Shown piece after piece: positions 18,531 to 26,661 of a DNA stretch of 45,511 bases. The stretch is from the sequence record PQ433350.1. One strand, written 5' to 3'. The notes beneath the pieces were generated by a model. The model saw only the letters and a program-made list of their open reading frames with translations. It had not been told where the DNA came from and ran no database searches. Source of the stretch: Escherichia phage vB_Ec-G8. Made by a program: the position numbers and the translations under genes. Each line of letters opens with the position of its first letter. Positions within the stretch are counted from its first letter, which is position 1.

Positions 18531-19004
18531 ATGAATTGGCACGATTATTACGAATATTCAGATGGTTATTTGTACAGAAAGAACCACAAGGTATCATCTT
18601 ATAACGGAGTTAAGGCCGGGTATGTTGATTTGAGAGGTTATGTTAGGACTAAGCTGTTTTCAAAGATGACTTTTGCCCATCGAGTAATATGGGAAATGCA
18701 TAACGGAGAAGTTCCTGAAGGTATGGAGATCGATCACATTAATGGAGTTAAGCACGATAATCGGATAGAGAATTTGAGATGTGTGGATAGGTTTATCAAC
18801 TGCAAGAACGCATCAAAGAGATCTGACAACAAGAGCGGAACAACTGGAGTTAGTTATTCAAGCTCAAAGCAAAGATGGATAGTGCAATTGCAAAAAGATG
18901 GCGTTAGGGAGTCAAAATCCTTTATGGATAAATTTGACGCAGAAGTCTACGCTAAAAATTTCTACGCAGCAAACCCAGAATTTACAGAGAGGCACGGTAA
19001 ATAG
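18531..19004 (+). CDS. HNH homing endonuclease with AP2-like DNA-binding domain
   Basis: 157 aa; HNH block (AHRVIWEMHNG...IDHINGVKHDNRIENLR); own upstream element and GAGGAG RBS. Confidence 0.85.
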   Translation: MNWHDYYEYSDGYLYRKNHKVSSYNGVKAGYVDLRGYVRTKLFSKMTFAHRVIWEMHNGEVPEGMEIDHINGVKHDNRIENLRCVDRFINCKNASKRSDNKSGTTGVSYSSSKQRWIVQLQKDGVRESKSFMDKFDAEVYAKNFYAANPEFTERHGK

Positions 19005-19020
19005 CACTTTTTGCCTAAAG
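19001..19020 (+). promoter_or_regulatory. Boundary element copy, precedes 19086 ORF
   Basis: ATAGCACTTTTTGCCTAAAG, hairpin, CATAAT, CACATCGAAACGAG leader. Confidence 0.6.
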
Positions 19021-19085
19021 CATGCCGTAGAAATGCGGCATAATCACCACATCGAAACGAGATGAAACAAACGAGGAAACACAAG

Positions 19086-19262
19086 ATGACTAAAATGATT
19101 TATTGCACCAAGAACAACTCCAAGACGCTTCCATTTACAGTTAACCAGCCGTACAATGCAGAGTATCAGGGTGACGGATATTACAAGATTTACGGAGATG
19201 ATATGACGTGGATTTTAGCACCGATTGATGGTTCGCTGGTTGAATTTATTATAGCAGACTAG
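19086..19262 (+). CDS. Hypothetical protein (58 aa)
   Basis: ATG 19086 preceded by the conserved leader (CACATCGAAACGAG...CGAGGA); followed by a strong terminator. Confidence 0.45.
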   Translation: MTKMIYCTKNNSKTLPFTVNQPYNAEYQGDGYYKIYGDDMTWILAPIDGSLVEFIIAD

Positions 19263-19287
19263 CGCATCTAAAACATAGCTTTACAAG

Positions 19288-19316
19288 TGGGGGGCCTTTT
19301 GGCTCCCCTTTTTTTT
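19288..19316 (+). terminator. Rho-independent terminator
   Basis: GGGGGGCC-tttt-GGCTCCCC + T8. Confidence 0.8.
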
Positions 19317-19393
19317 GCTTCTTTTCCGAACAGGGCTACTGTATCATGTTTACACTAACCTAAACATTGACAAATAGACAAATGGAGGATCGC

Positions 19394-19609
19394 ATGAGGG
19401 AGGTAATCAACGCCGCTACGGCGTCAACTGGAGGGGCAGCGGTAACTGGTGCGGCAACTGGTCAAATGACTATAGCAATAATCAGCCTTGTCGCTTTAAT
19501 CATTTTTGGCGCATGGGGTGCTTACTGGAAGTTTAAGGATAGCCAGGCGATTCGCAGAGCGCTTGAATCGGGAGACCTGAAAACAGCAATCAATATAAGG
19601 AGTAAGTAA
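19394..19609 (+). CDS. Holin (single TMD)
   Basis: 71 aa from ATG 19394 (GGAGG SD 5 nt upstream); one hydrophobic helix (IAIISLVALIIFGAWGAYW) with charged C-terminus; immediately upstream of the endolysin. Confidence 0.65.
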   Translation: MREVINAATASTGGAAVTGAATGQMTIAIISLVALIIFGAWGAYWKFKDSQAIRRALESGDLKTAINIRSK

Positions 19610-20095
19610 ATGAAGCAGAAGCTGCTAATTAGCGCGGCTACGACTGCGGCAATATACATCGCAGCGCCGCTTATTGAACTCGTTGAGGGTGTGGAGAACA
19701 AGCCTTACATTGATATTGCTGGGGTGAAAACCGTATGTGCCGGAATTACCGGTCCTGACGTTGTTTGGGGTAAGACTTACAGCAACAGGGAGTGCCGGAA
19801 CCTGCTGGAGAAACACATCCAGATTCATGCTAAGTATGTTCAGGATGCAGTTACCTACCCAATCGCGCAGCAGACAAGGGCAGCGTTAATCAGCTTTAGC
19901 TATAATGTTGGCGGCTCAGCGATGAGGAAGTCTACGGCTGTAAGGCTAATCAACCAGGGTAAAGTGGAGCAAGGTTGTAAGGCTTTGAGTATTTGGAATA
20001 AAGCTACCGTTAATGGCAAGAAGGTTGTGGTTAAGGGCTTGGTAAACCGCAGGAATGAGGAGATTAAGTTATGCTTAAGCGGATTGCAGCGTTAG
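19610..20095 (+). CDS. SAR endolysin (T4-lysozyme-like muramidase)
   Basis: 161 aa; weakly hydrophobic N-terminal signal-anchor-release segment followed by E...D...T catalytic arrangement (ELVEGVE...DIAGV...T); AAGGAG RBS. Confidence 0.85.
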   Translation: MKQKLLISAATTAAIYIAAPLIELVEGVENKPYIDIAGVKTVCAGITGPDVVWGKTYSNRECRNLLEKHIQIHAKYVQDAVTYPIAQQTRAALISFSYNVGGSAMRKSTAVRLINQGKVEQGCKALSIWNKATVNGKKVVVKGLVNRRNEEIKLCLSGLQR

Positions 20096-20460
20096 TAATG
20101 TGCGTAGCTTTATATGGATGTTCAGCAACATCTGCTCTGACCGGATTAATTGGAAGTAAGCCTGAAGTTACGGCTCAGGCTGGTGCCGAGAACAATAAGG
20201 TTGGTGTTGGGTTAACGAACAAGGTTGACTCCAGTAACTCCAGCGATGCCACAGTTAAGGATTCCAGCGTGGGCTCACTTGATAGTTCTAGCGGGAAAAA
20301 GACTGCTGATAATTCGATTAAGGCCTCTACAATCACTGCCGAAAAGATTGAGATTACCAATAACGACTCATCAGCGCTTCCGTGGATTGGAACAGGAGCG
20401 ATGGGTTTGCTTGTTCTGATTCTCCTTGCCTTAATCTTAAGACGTAAAAAAGCCTCCTAA
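20071..20460 (+). CDS. Unimolecular spanin (lipoprotein signal + C-terminal TMD)
   Basis: 129 aa; lipobox LYGC-S at N-terminus, Ser-rich periplasmic region, C-terminal TMD (AMGLLVLILLALIL) and basic tail; overlaps the endolysin 3' end; terminator follows. Confidence 0.8.
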   Translation: MLKRIAALVMCVALYGCSATSALTGLIGSKPEVTAQAGAENNKVGVGLTNKVDSSNSSDATVKDSSVGSLDSSSGKKTADNSIKASTITAEKIEITNNDSSALPWIGTGAMGLLVLILLALILRRKKAS

Positions 20461-20476
20461 TGGAGGCTATATTTTT
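20451..20476. terminator. Bidirectional terminator between lysis cassette and ATPase operon
   Basis: AGCCTCC-taat-GGAGGCT flanked by A6 and ATATTTTT. Confidence 0.7.
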
Positions 20477-20810
20477 AGCTAAATAACTCTTCGTCAGTCA
20501 TTGTCCCTATGTTCATCATCTCTTTTATGTACTGGCTTTCATACCCGTTAAGCGCCTCAAAGTTGAAACCAAATGGCCTCTTCAAGCTACCCTTACTAAC
20601 AAACTCACCGCACTTGCCATCAATGTATCCGGCACTCAACATCTTCGCGCAGAACTCCTTTGAGGCAGCGCTGCAAAACTCTCTATGTGACAATCCTGCC
20701 GCCTTACTGAATCTCTGAGAGTCCTTATGCTGGTAGATGAATCGCGCCAAATGCTGGCGCGTAAAGTATGAATACGACTCACAGAACTTAAATATATCGA
20801 GTATGAACAT
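20475..20810 (-). CDS. Hypothetical protein (111 aa), last gene of the ATPase operon
   Basis: GGAG RBS 8 nt upstream; start is 2 nt after the stop of the upstream micro-ORF. Confidence 0.5.
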   Translation of the reverse strand: MFILDIFKFCESYSYFTRQHLARFIYQHKDSQRFSKAAGLSHREFCSAASKEFCAKMLSAGYIDGKCGEFVSKGSLKRPFGFNFEALNGYESQYIKEMMNIGTMTDEELFS

Positions 20811-20812
20811 AT

Positions 20813-20899
20813 TCAGCTCCAGATTATGTCTAATACAAATATAAGCAGTGAGATTAAAATAAGGAACCCCAAAATTACAAGAAGTATTGTTTCAAGCAT
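20813..20899 (-). CDS. Putative 28-aa single-TMD hydrophobic peptide
   Basis: MLETILLVILGFLILISLLIFVLDIIWS; ATG 3 nt after the ATPase stop, GGGGTGA SD-like upstream; not in the ORF track (below cut-off). Confidence 0.25.
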   Translation of the reverse strand: MLETILLVILGFLILISLLIFVLDIIWS

Positions 20900-20902
20900 A
20901 AA

Positions 20903-22486
20903 TCACCCCAGCAGTCGCGGATTAATGTAAACTTTATCACCAATCAGGCACGTATAGTTTTTCTCATCAAGCATTGGCAGTAAGTGATCTTTAATCTTCG
21001 TCATCACTCCAGCCTGAGCCTCGAACGGCTTAACCTTGCGAGCAGCTTCATACAATGAGCGAATACCAACTACGCCCTTACCGTTTTTGCCTTGCTTGAT
21101 CAGAATATCAATCAGCTTATTCATCTCGGCATTGTCGCCAGCGTGACCAGCTGCGTTAGCAGATGACAAATAAGTCTTGCTCAGTTCCTGAAACATAATA
21201 ACAGCTTCTTGCATCGTATCTAGCTCGATCTCTCTAGACTTACGCGGACTCCCGCCATTTGGGTTAAACCAGTTACGCACGGTATGAAGAACCGCCGCAA
21301 TTCGGATGGCCTGCTTGTCGAATTTACCCAGGGCGCCGCGCAACATTGTGTGTGAATACTTACCGCCGTCAGCAAGGTGAGGTTCCATTTCCTGACGCGC
21401 GCGGTTGAGATACTTCATTGCTGAGTTGCTCACTGTCAACTTAACATCCTGCTCATTCATTATTTCGTGAACAAGTCGGAAGTAATCAGCCTTCAATGCG
21501 CCATCAATTGGCTCGTAAGTTGAATCTCCATTTTCATCAACGAATACACGTTCGCCAAGGAATGACTTCTCGCGGACCAAAAGGAAGCGCTCAGATACAC
21601 CGATACCACGCGCACCAGCGTTCATAATAGCGTTGATTGTCTCATCCTGCGCAATTACGGAGATACAGCCCATGGCAACGAAGCTCATGTTGTTTTCTGC
21701 ATTAGCACGCGCGATAGATACGTTACCAGCATCCCATGCTTTAAGCACAAGCTCGCTGTTCGTTTTCTTTGAGCCGTCACCATAGGTCATACCAAGCAGT
21801 GAGTTTACGCTAGTCGCCTCATCAGAGATCACTGCGAAATTACCCTGGCGATTGTTTATTCGCGCAAGACCCTCAGGTGTTGTATCTGATACCGGGAATA
21901 CGATATCACATAGTTTCTCCAGTTTTTCCTCCAGCTCTTCTTTTTCCTCAAAAAGAGAGGCCATCTCTGACGGAGATTTTTCCTGCTTCATCTCTTTTGA
22001 TAACGCAGATAGTTTGGCCATAATCTTTTTGCGCTCACGCTTTCTAACTTCATTCAGCCGCTCAGTCTCAGCGATCATTGGAGAAATCGAAAGTGAGTTG
22101 ATTGCTGATTTACCAGTCGAAGGAGGCTGGCTAGTCACGACGTAAAGAGATGTTGGCTGCTGAGTCCCGTGATACTCGACAGTGAATCGGCCCAGCATAG
22201 CAGCGGAAATACACCCAAGGAAGTGCATGTATGCTGAAGACTCTGGGAACTGAACAGAGCGGGCAATATTTGCTGACAGCTTACCAACAACATCAATGTC
22301 ATTACCTAGTGAGATTACAGGGTATTTATCATTAGCCGCATCAATCTCGACCGGAGCCTTCCAGAATGATTGAGACTGGCGATAGCCATTGGCATTAATG
22401 GCGACTCGCAGTGGCGGGAGGTTGTCAGCAGCAGCAATTGCCATAACCTGTTCAACAGATAGTTTATCTTCGTTGAAATCAAACAT
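20903..22486 (-). CDS. P-loop NTPase (Walker A/B), replication-associated ATPase-like
   Basis: 527 aa; Walker A (QPPSTGKS), Walker B (FAVISDEA); GGAGAG RBS; upstream element variant with TGaTATAAT extended -10. Confidence 0.7.
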   Translation of the reverse strand: MFDFNEDKLSVEQVMAIAAADNLPPLRVAINANGYRQSQSFWKAPVEIDAANDKYPVISLGNDIDVVGKLSANIARSVQFPESSAYMHFLGCISAAMLGRFTVEYHGTQQPTSLYVVTSQPPSTGKSAINSLSISPMIAETERLNEVRKRERKKIMAKLSALSKEMKQEKSPSEMASLFEEKEELEEKLEKLCDIVFPVSDTTPEGLARINNRQGNFAVISDEATSVNSLLGMTYGDGSKKTNSELVLKAWDAGNVSIARANAENNMSFVAMGCISVIAQDETINAIMNAGARGIGVSERFLLVREKSFLGERVFVDENGDSTYEPIDGALKADYFRLVHEIMNEQDVKLTVSNSAMKYLNRARQEMEPHLADGGKYSHTMLRGALGKFDKQAIRIAAVLHTVRNWFNPNGGSPRKSREIELDTMQEAVIMFQELSKTYLSSANAAGHAGDNAEMNKLIDILIKQGKNGKGVVGIRSLYEAARKVKPFEAQAGVMTKIKDHLLPMLDEKNYTCLIGDKVYINPRLLG

Positions 22487-22543
22487 TACTTCTCTCCGTG
22501 TTGTTTCTGAGCGGCCATTATATCAGCGACCGCTTATAATTCA

Positions 22544-22562
22544 TTATCAATTTGTGCTATTT
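22544..22562 (-). promoter_or_regulatory. Boundary element variant, precedes P-loop ATPase gene
   Basis: Minus-strand AAATAGCACAAATTGATAA followed by TGaTATAAT extended -10. Confidence 0.6.
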
Positions 22563-22911
22563 ACAGGTATTGAGCCTCGAAGTGGTACGTCTGGCAAAGA
22601 GTGTAGAAACCAACATCCTCGCTACGGTAGAGCTGCCAGGCATTACCATCCTCATCGTAAATGTAACCAGCATTTTGCCCCAATCCTGCATGAAGTGCCA
22701 CCTGGTAACGTTTCTCTTCTTTAAAGTCTTTTTTAACTCCTGATTTATGGTTAACCTTCGTGCAGTAAATAGTTTTGGTCTTAATGTATTTGCCGCGCTC
22801 TTCCAGGTTAATCCATTTGCCATCTTTCTTGATTTGTTCTACACCATCTTTAACTCGAGCTTTGTATAATACGTTATCGTTGCTAATGAAGTTTTTAGTA
22901 ATCGTTGTCAT
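22561..22911 (-). CDS. Hypothetical protein (116 aa)
   Basis: ORF preceded on the minus strand by element leader (TCATCGAAACGAAACACAAAAAGG); TAA stop abuts an element. Confidence 0.5.
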   Translation of the reverse strand: MTTITKNFISNDNVLYKARVKDGVEQIKKDGKWINLEERGKYIKTKTIYCTKVNHKSGVKKDFKEEKRYQVALHAGLGQNAGYIYDEDGNAWQLYRSEDVGFYTLCQTYHFEAQYL

Positions 22912-22973
22912 TTTGTTTGCCTTTTTGTGTTTCGTTTCGATGAGATGAATATATAGGAAAAGCCCAGAAGGGC

Positions 22974-22993
22974 TTTAGCAATTAGTGCTATTT
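22974..22993 (-). promoter_or_regulatory. Boundary element copy, precedes 22911 ORF
   Basis: Minus-strand AAATAGCACTAATTGCTAAA + hairpin + TCATCGAAACGAAAC leader. Confidence 0.6.
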
Positions 22994-23047
22994 CGTTACT
23001 TTTCTATCGTGCCATGAAAGTTGTCGAGCATTTTAATGTACGCCTTG

Positions 23048-23230
23048 CTATCTATAAAATTCGGCCTCTTCTGTAGTTACTGGTATTGTGTAATTATTTA
23101 CCTTAATAATCCATGTATAACCATCATAATCAATCGCATCATAAACATCACCAACATTAACGCCTATTTTGTCAAGACTATCTGAACTTGTTTCATATGT
23201 TACTGTATTATCTGTAATTATTACTTTCAT
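23048..23230 (-). CDS. Hypothetical protein (60 aa)
   Basis: ATG 23230 preceded by element leader (CCATCGAAACGTGAGG); ORF-track start 23290 rejected. Confidence 0.45.
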   Translation of the reverse strand: MKVIITDNTVTYETSSDSLDKIGVNVGDVYDAIDYDGYTWIIKVNNYTIPVTTEEAEFYR

Positions 23231-23282
23231 TTTGTACCTCACGTTTCGATGGAAAGATAATAGCGCATCCTTGCGACTCTGT

Positions 23283-23301
23283 TTTAGCAATTCGTGCTAT
23301 T
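23283..23301 (-). promoter_or_regulatory. Boundary element copy, precedes 23230 ORF
   Basis: Minus-strand AATAGCACGAATTGCTAAA; upstream ORF stops at the internal TAA. Confidence 0.6.
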
Positions 23302-23448
23302 ACGCGCCTTTTCTATCGCCTTGAGCATGACTTCATGACTTTCTAGCAAGTCCTCGCGGAACCAGTCGCCGCAAGGCCAGCCCTTTCCGCTGTAGGCGCT
23401 GATTACCTCCAGATCGAAATAATTTATTTCAGATGGCAGAAGCATCAT
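23284..23448 (-). CDS. Hypothetical small protein (54 aa)
   Basis: ATGA-coupled to the upstream gene; reads into the element and stops at the TAA inside TTGCTAAA. Confidence 0.35.
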   Translation of the reverse strand: MMLLPSEINYFDLEVISAYSGKGWPCGDWFREDLLESHEVMLKAIEKARNSTNC

Positions 23449-23687
23449 TTCACCTCGTCAAAAGTTGCAATCCCAGGAATAAACATCCAAACCTTCCAAC
23501 CAGCGATGGCAATCCAGCAAGAATCGTGCTTGTGCGGTCGCTCAGCGCCATTAATCACCCATTCGTTCGGGATTGCCTTGCCGTTAATGATTAGCGGATC
23601 AGCGTCGTATACAGAGCCTTTAACGAACGGTGTTAACACTTTCTTGTCGGTGCTATTGATAACGTTAGTGCAGATTATTTTAGTCAT
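23445..23687 (-). CDS. Hypothetical protein (80 aa)
   Basis: ORF with GAGG RBS. Confidence 0.5.
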   Translation of the reverse strand: MTKIICTNVINSTDKKVLTPFVKGSVYDADPLIINGKAIPNEWVINGAERPHKHDSCWIAIAGWKVWMFIPGIATFDEVK

Positions 23688-23871
23688 TTACAACCTCGTA
23701 CTCACCTTTATAAACAGCGACCTCTTCATTCACATTGTTGACAATCACTGCTAAACAAAGAGCACCCAAATATTTTACCACTTCGTACTCGCATCCAAAC
23801 GTCAGACCATAGTCCTCACATGAACGTCCACTGCAATCTAAATCTTCGAATTTAACTAGCTTAATTTTCAT
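23680..23871 (-). CDS. Hypothetical protein (63 aa)
   Basis: ATG 23871 with GAGGA RBS; N-terminal extension in the ORF track overlaps the next micro-ORF. Confidence 0.45.
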   Translation of the reverse strand: MKIKLVKFEDLDCSGRSCEDYGLTFGCEYEVVKYLGALCLAVIVNNVNEEVAVYKGEYEVVND

Positions 23872-23881
23872 ACCTAAATCC

Positions 23882-24058
23882 TCAAAATGGAATGCAGTGA
23901 TTACAACCTTCACCACTACAACATAAATCTTCATCTTCTGACTGGAATTGCTTTGCCAGATCAATATCCAACTTTCCGCGCAACACAAGGTCTGTATAAT
24001 CTTCGTTCAGCCCAATCAGTGTGCATTCGTGGCGTAACTCGTCTTTATTCTCTTTCAT
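23882..24058 (-). CDS. Hypothetical Cys-rich small protein (58 aa)
   Basis: ATGA-coupled; C-terminal CCSGEGCNHC cluster. Confidence 0.35.
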   Translation of the reverse strand: MKENKDELRHECTLIGLNEDYTDLVLRGKLDIDLAKQFQSEDEDLCCSGEGCNHCIPF

Positions 24059-24255
24059 TTCTCTTCACCTTTTAAATTATGACGCTTGATCAGAACTTCA
24101 ACCCATTCTTGCGCGTCTTCCTCTCTCATGAAGAAGCTTAACTTTGGGTACTTGTGAAAACCTTTAAGTTCAACAATCCAATGACCACCTTCGTAACTAT
24201 AACTAACTTTCTTCTCTGTCATTTCGTTACCTTTTGAGTTTTTTATTATCGACAT
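24055..24255 (-). CDS. Hypothetical protein (start uncertain: 24255 or 24222)
   Basis: First leftward ORF after the divergent control region; ORF-track N-terminus (to 24357) covers hairpin-rich probable leader. Confidence 0.35.
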   Translation of the reverse strand: MSIIKNSKGNEMTEKKVSYSYEGGHWIVELKGFHKYPKLSFFMREEDAQEWVEVLIKRHNLKGEEK

Positions 24256-24459
24256 CTCTTCAACGTACTCGCTACAACTCGGGATTTTACTCCCGGCCCG
24301 GCATCCTAACAAAAGGACCCGCTCGGCGCTTTGGTGGGTGAGGTAACGCTTCCTCACATTGCGCGGTAGTATTTACCCTTTTTAGTCTCTTTCGAGAGTG
24401 ACTCAGAGTCTGCTACCGTGTCGATGAGATTAAGTATACGCATAGTTATCCACACTGTC

Positions 24460-24478
24460 TTTAGCAAAAAGTGCTATT
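24460..24478 (-). promoter_or_regulatory. Boundary element copy at the leftward edge of control region B
   Basis: Minus-strand AATAGCACTTTTTGCTAAAG. Confidence 0.55.
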
Positions 24479-24492
24479 CGTTAGATTTATGT

Positions 24493-24577
24493 ATTGTTGC
24501 AGATATTGCAATGATTCACATGATTATTGCACATATAGCAATATTGTTTCAGATGCAATGATGTTTTTGATTGTTGC
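24493..24577. repeat. Iteron-like cluster of TTGCA-core repeats
   Basis: ATTGTTGC at both ends (24494, 24570), TGCAATGAT twice (24507, 24554), further ATTGCA/AGCAAT units at about 10-11 bp spacing. Confidence 0.5.
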
Positions 24578-24665
24578 GAAAAGTGAAATGAAGTGGTGAG
24601 TGAGTGAATGAAAGATGGATGGGCTACCATACAAGTTGATTTTGATTCTGGCTGAGCCATTTTTG

Positions 24666-24990
24666 CGTATACGCGTTATAAAAGTTATGCCTTGTAGATG
24701 ATGCCACCCTCCGTAGGAATCGTGTACGCCTATAACGCTGAATTACGCAATGGTTACACTATAATATCTATACATAACAACCATTTAGTAGTATTATTAT
24801 TATTATATATATTACTATGTATATCATGTATATCCCCCTTGCGGGGAGGGTCGATAGTTTTTCTATGAAAATGACATTTTCTATATATATAAGGATAGGT
24901 ATATACCCTCCGCGTTTTCCGCGGAAATTAATCTACAGGCAAATTACATGCACTATAGCTGGGCTGAGGTGGCAAAAAACGTAACCAGGG
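24666..24990. repeat. Divergent control region B (homologous to 5627-5895)
   Basis: Shared blocks 24743-24782, 24794-24830, 24953-24966; extra hairpins (CCCC-ttgc-GGGG; CCGCG-ttttc-CGCGG). Confidence 0.7.
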
Positions 24991-25082
24991 CCAATATAAA
25001 CACGAAATAACACTTGATAACGTGTATATGTGTGTTATTATGGATTCATCTTAACGAAGGGCAACCAATCAGGAGTAATGAA

Positions 25083-25601
25083 ATGTCAGAACATAAAGAA
25101 GTAGTAAGTCTCGGTGAAGTGGTTCGTTACATGGCTACCAAGGCTTTGAATGACGATACTAAATCATTTGCTGTCCCACTGCGCATGATTGCACAACAGG
25201 TGTACGGACTTGATAAGACAGAGATGACGAGAGTGTACGAAGAAGACCTGGCGCCCGGAGGCAAGTATCACCTCAAGAAGCTGAAGGCGTCATACGTTTC
25301 AAACACAGTAAGCCGGATGCCAGAAGTCAAGGCTGCTAACGTCCGGTCAATGTTCTCACTGAAGGACATGGAGTTTAATGAGAAGGAGGTTCGATGTGCG
25401 GTAATCTCACTCGTACCAGGCGCTATCAATACCGGGTCGCGCAATAAAGCAGAAGCAGAGAAGGAGGCAGCTATCATTGAAAAATTCAAATCTCGATTGC
25501 TCAAGCTGTCACCAAGCGTTGCTGGACTTGAAGGTGAAGAACTTAAGGGCGCGGTGACAATGATTAACGCTTATCAGGAAATGATTAAGGAGACTAAGTA
25601 G
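25083..25601 (+). CDS. Hypothetical early protein (172 aa)
   Basis: ATG 25083 with AGGAG SD 7 nt upstream; first rightward gene after control region B. Confidence 0.55.
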   Translation: MSEHKEVVSLGEVVRYMATKALNDDTKSFAVPLRMIAQQVYGLDKTEMTRVYEEDLAPGGKYHLKKLKASYVSNTVSRMPEVKAANVRSMFSLKDMEFNEKEVRCAVISLVPGAINTGSRNKAEAEKEAAIIEKFKSRLLKLSPSVAGLEGEELKGAVTMINAYQEMIKETK

Positions 25602-25691
25602 TAGACTACCATACCACTTGCGGTACAGTGAGGAGGAGGTTGAGAAGGCGATTGAGTTCTACCGGAAAGCTAAATCACTCCTGAATGGTAA

Positions 25692-25710
25692 ATAGCACTT
25701 TTTGCCTAAC
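25692..25710 (+). promoter_or_regulatory. Boundary element copy, precedes 25772 ORF
   Basis: ATAGCACTTTTTGCCTAAC, GCCA-agga-TGGC hairpin, TGgCATAAT, CATCGAAACGAGAG leader. Confidence 0.65.
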
Positions 25711-25771
25711 GCGGTAATGCCAAGGATGGCATAATAGCCTCATCGAAACGAGAGATACCAAGGAAAACAAA

Positions 25772-25960
25772 ATGTCTAAGCGCATCACTAAAGAACTTAA
25801 AGTACTGAACAAAGAAAACGTAATCACCATCCTGACAATGTTTGGCTACAACGAAGAATCTGCCATTGCAAAGGTTGAATCTGGTTACGATGTTGCGGTA
25901 CGAAGCATGCCGGAAGCAACCTCAAAAGGTATCGCCGACTTCCTGGCTACATGTTACTAA
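25772..25960 (+). CDS. Hypothetical protein (62 aa)
   Basis: Preceded by a complete boundary element and leader. Confidence 0.5.
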   Translation: MSKRITKELKVLNKENVITILTMFGYNEESAIAKVESGYDVAVRSMPEATSKGIADFLATCY

Positions 25961-26015
25961 GTTATCTTACAAGGCATCTCGTGGGGTGCCTCAGTAAGAC
26001 AACCGGAGATAGAGC

Positions 26016-26201
26016 ATGAAAACCAAAATGATTCACAAGTCAGAAGTAAAAATTGGCGACACGGTAATTCACTGCGGTGAGATGAAGACGGTTGGCATGG
26101 AAACATTTGGCAAGGATGAGTTTATGGGACTCCTACTGTGGGGTGATAGCTATCGCTGCGGCTACAAGATGGTTGAGGTTGTAACTGATGTTAAGTTTTG
26201 A
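26016..26201 (+). CDS. Hypothetical protein (61 aa)
   Basis: GGAGA RBS; TGA stop abuts an element. Confidence 0.5.
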   Translation: MKTKMIHKSEVKIGDTVIHCGEMKTVGMETFGKDEFMGLLLWGDSYRCGYKMVEVVTDVKF

Positions 26202-26219
26202 ATAGCACGAATTGCTAAA
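26202..26219 (+). promoter_or_regulatory. Boundary element copy, precedes 26287 ORF
   Basis: TGA-ATAGCACGAATTGCTAAA; TGaTATAGT extended -10 downstream. Confidence 0.6.
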
Positions 26220-26286
26220 CCTTCCGCAAGGCCATTTGATATAGTGGTCTTGTTGAAGCAAAACAATCAATCATGGGGTTACACAA

Positions 26287-26469
26287 ATGCAAGTTTATAA
26301 ATCACCTGGCGGCGCTCGTTACGTTGTTGTTGATGGCAGGGTGTACTGCAAGCCGCTAACCGGATTCACATTTCGCTCGTCAATGACGGTGGATCGATAC
26401 CTTGAGTTGATAGGTTGGGGATTTCTTAGGTTTGAAAAGGTAATCAAGCCTATAATGACCGTCAAATAG
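26287..26469 (+). CDS. Hypothetical protein (60 aa)
   Basis: ORF between two element copies; weak RBS. Confidence 0.45.
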   Translation: MQVYKSPGGARYVVVDGRVYCKPLTGFTFRSSMTVDRYLELIGWGFLRFEKVIKPIMTVK

Positions 26470-26484
26470 CACGAATTGTTAAAA
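26466..26484 (+). promoter_or_regulatory. Boundary element variant
   Basis: ATAGCACGAATTGTTAAAA; leader CCACACATCAACCACAAG. Confidence 0.5.
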
Positions 26485-26661
26485 TGGGATTCATCCTGAA
26501 TGGTATGATCCACACATCAACCACAAGAATGGAAGTTAAGTGACGATATACGAACATAAATTCAGCAGTAGGGGTATTGATATGCTCCTGCACTATGTAG
26601 ACGAAAAATACGCAAATCTCATGCTTAATACGCATGGCGGCACAATAACGAGGATTGAGAT

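Noticed and set aside
24446-24454. Perfect DnaA-box 9-mer TTATCCACA
   Set aside because: Single occurrence (about 0.3 expected by chance on two strands), lying inside the conserved spacer of a boundary-element copy; kept only as weak supporting evidence for the origin hypothesis.
25612-25691. Short GTG-initiated ORF downstream of the 25083 gene
   Set aside because: About 20 codons, no ATG, no conservation signal; lies in the spacer before an element copy.
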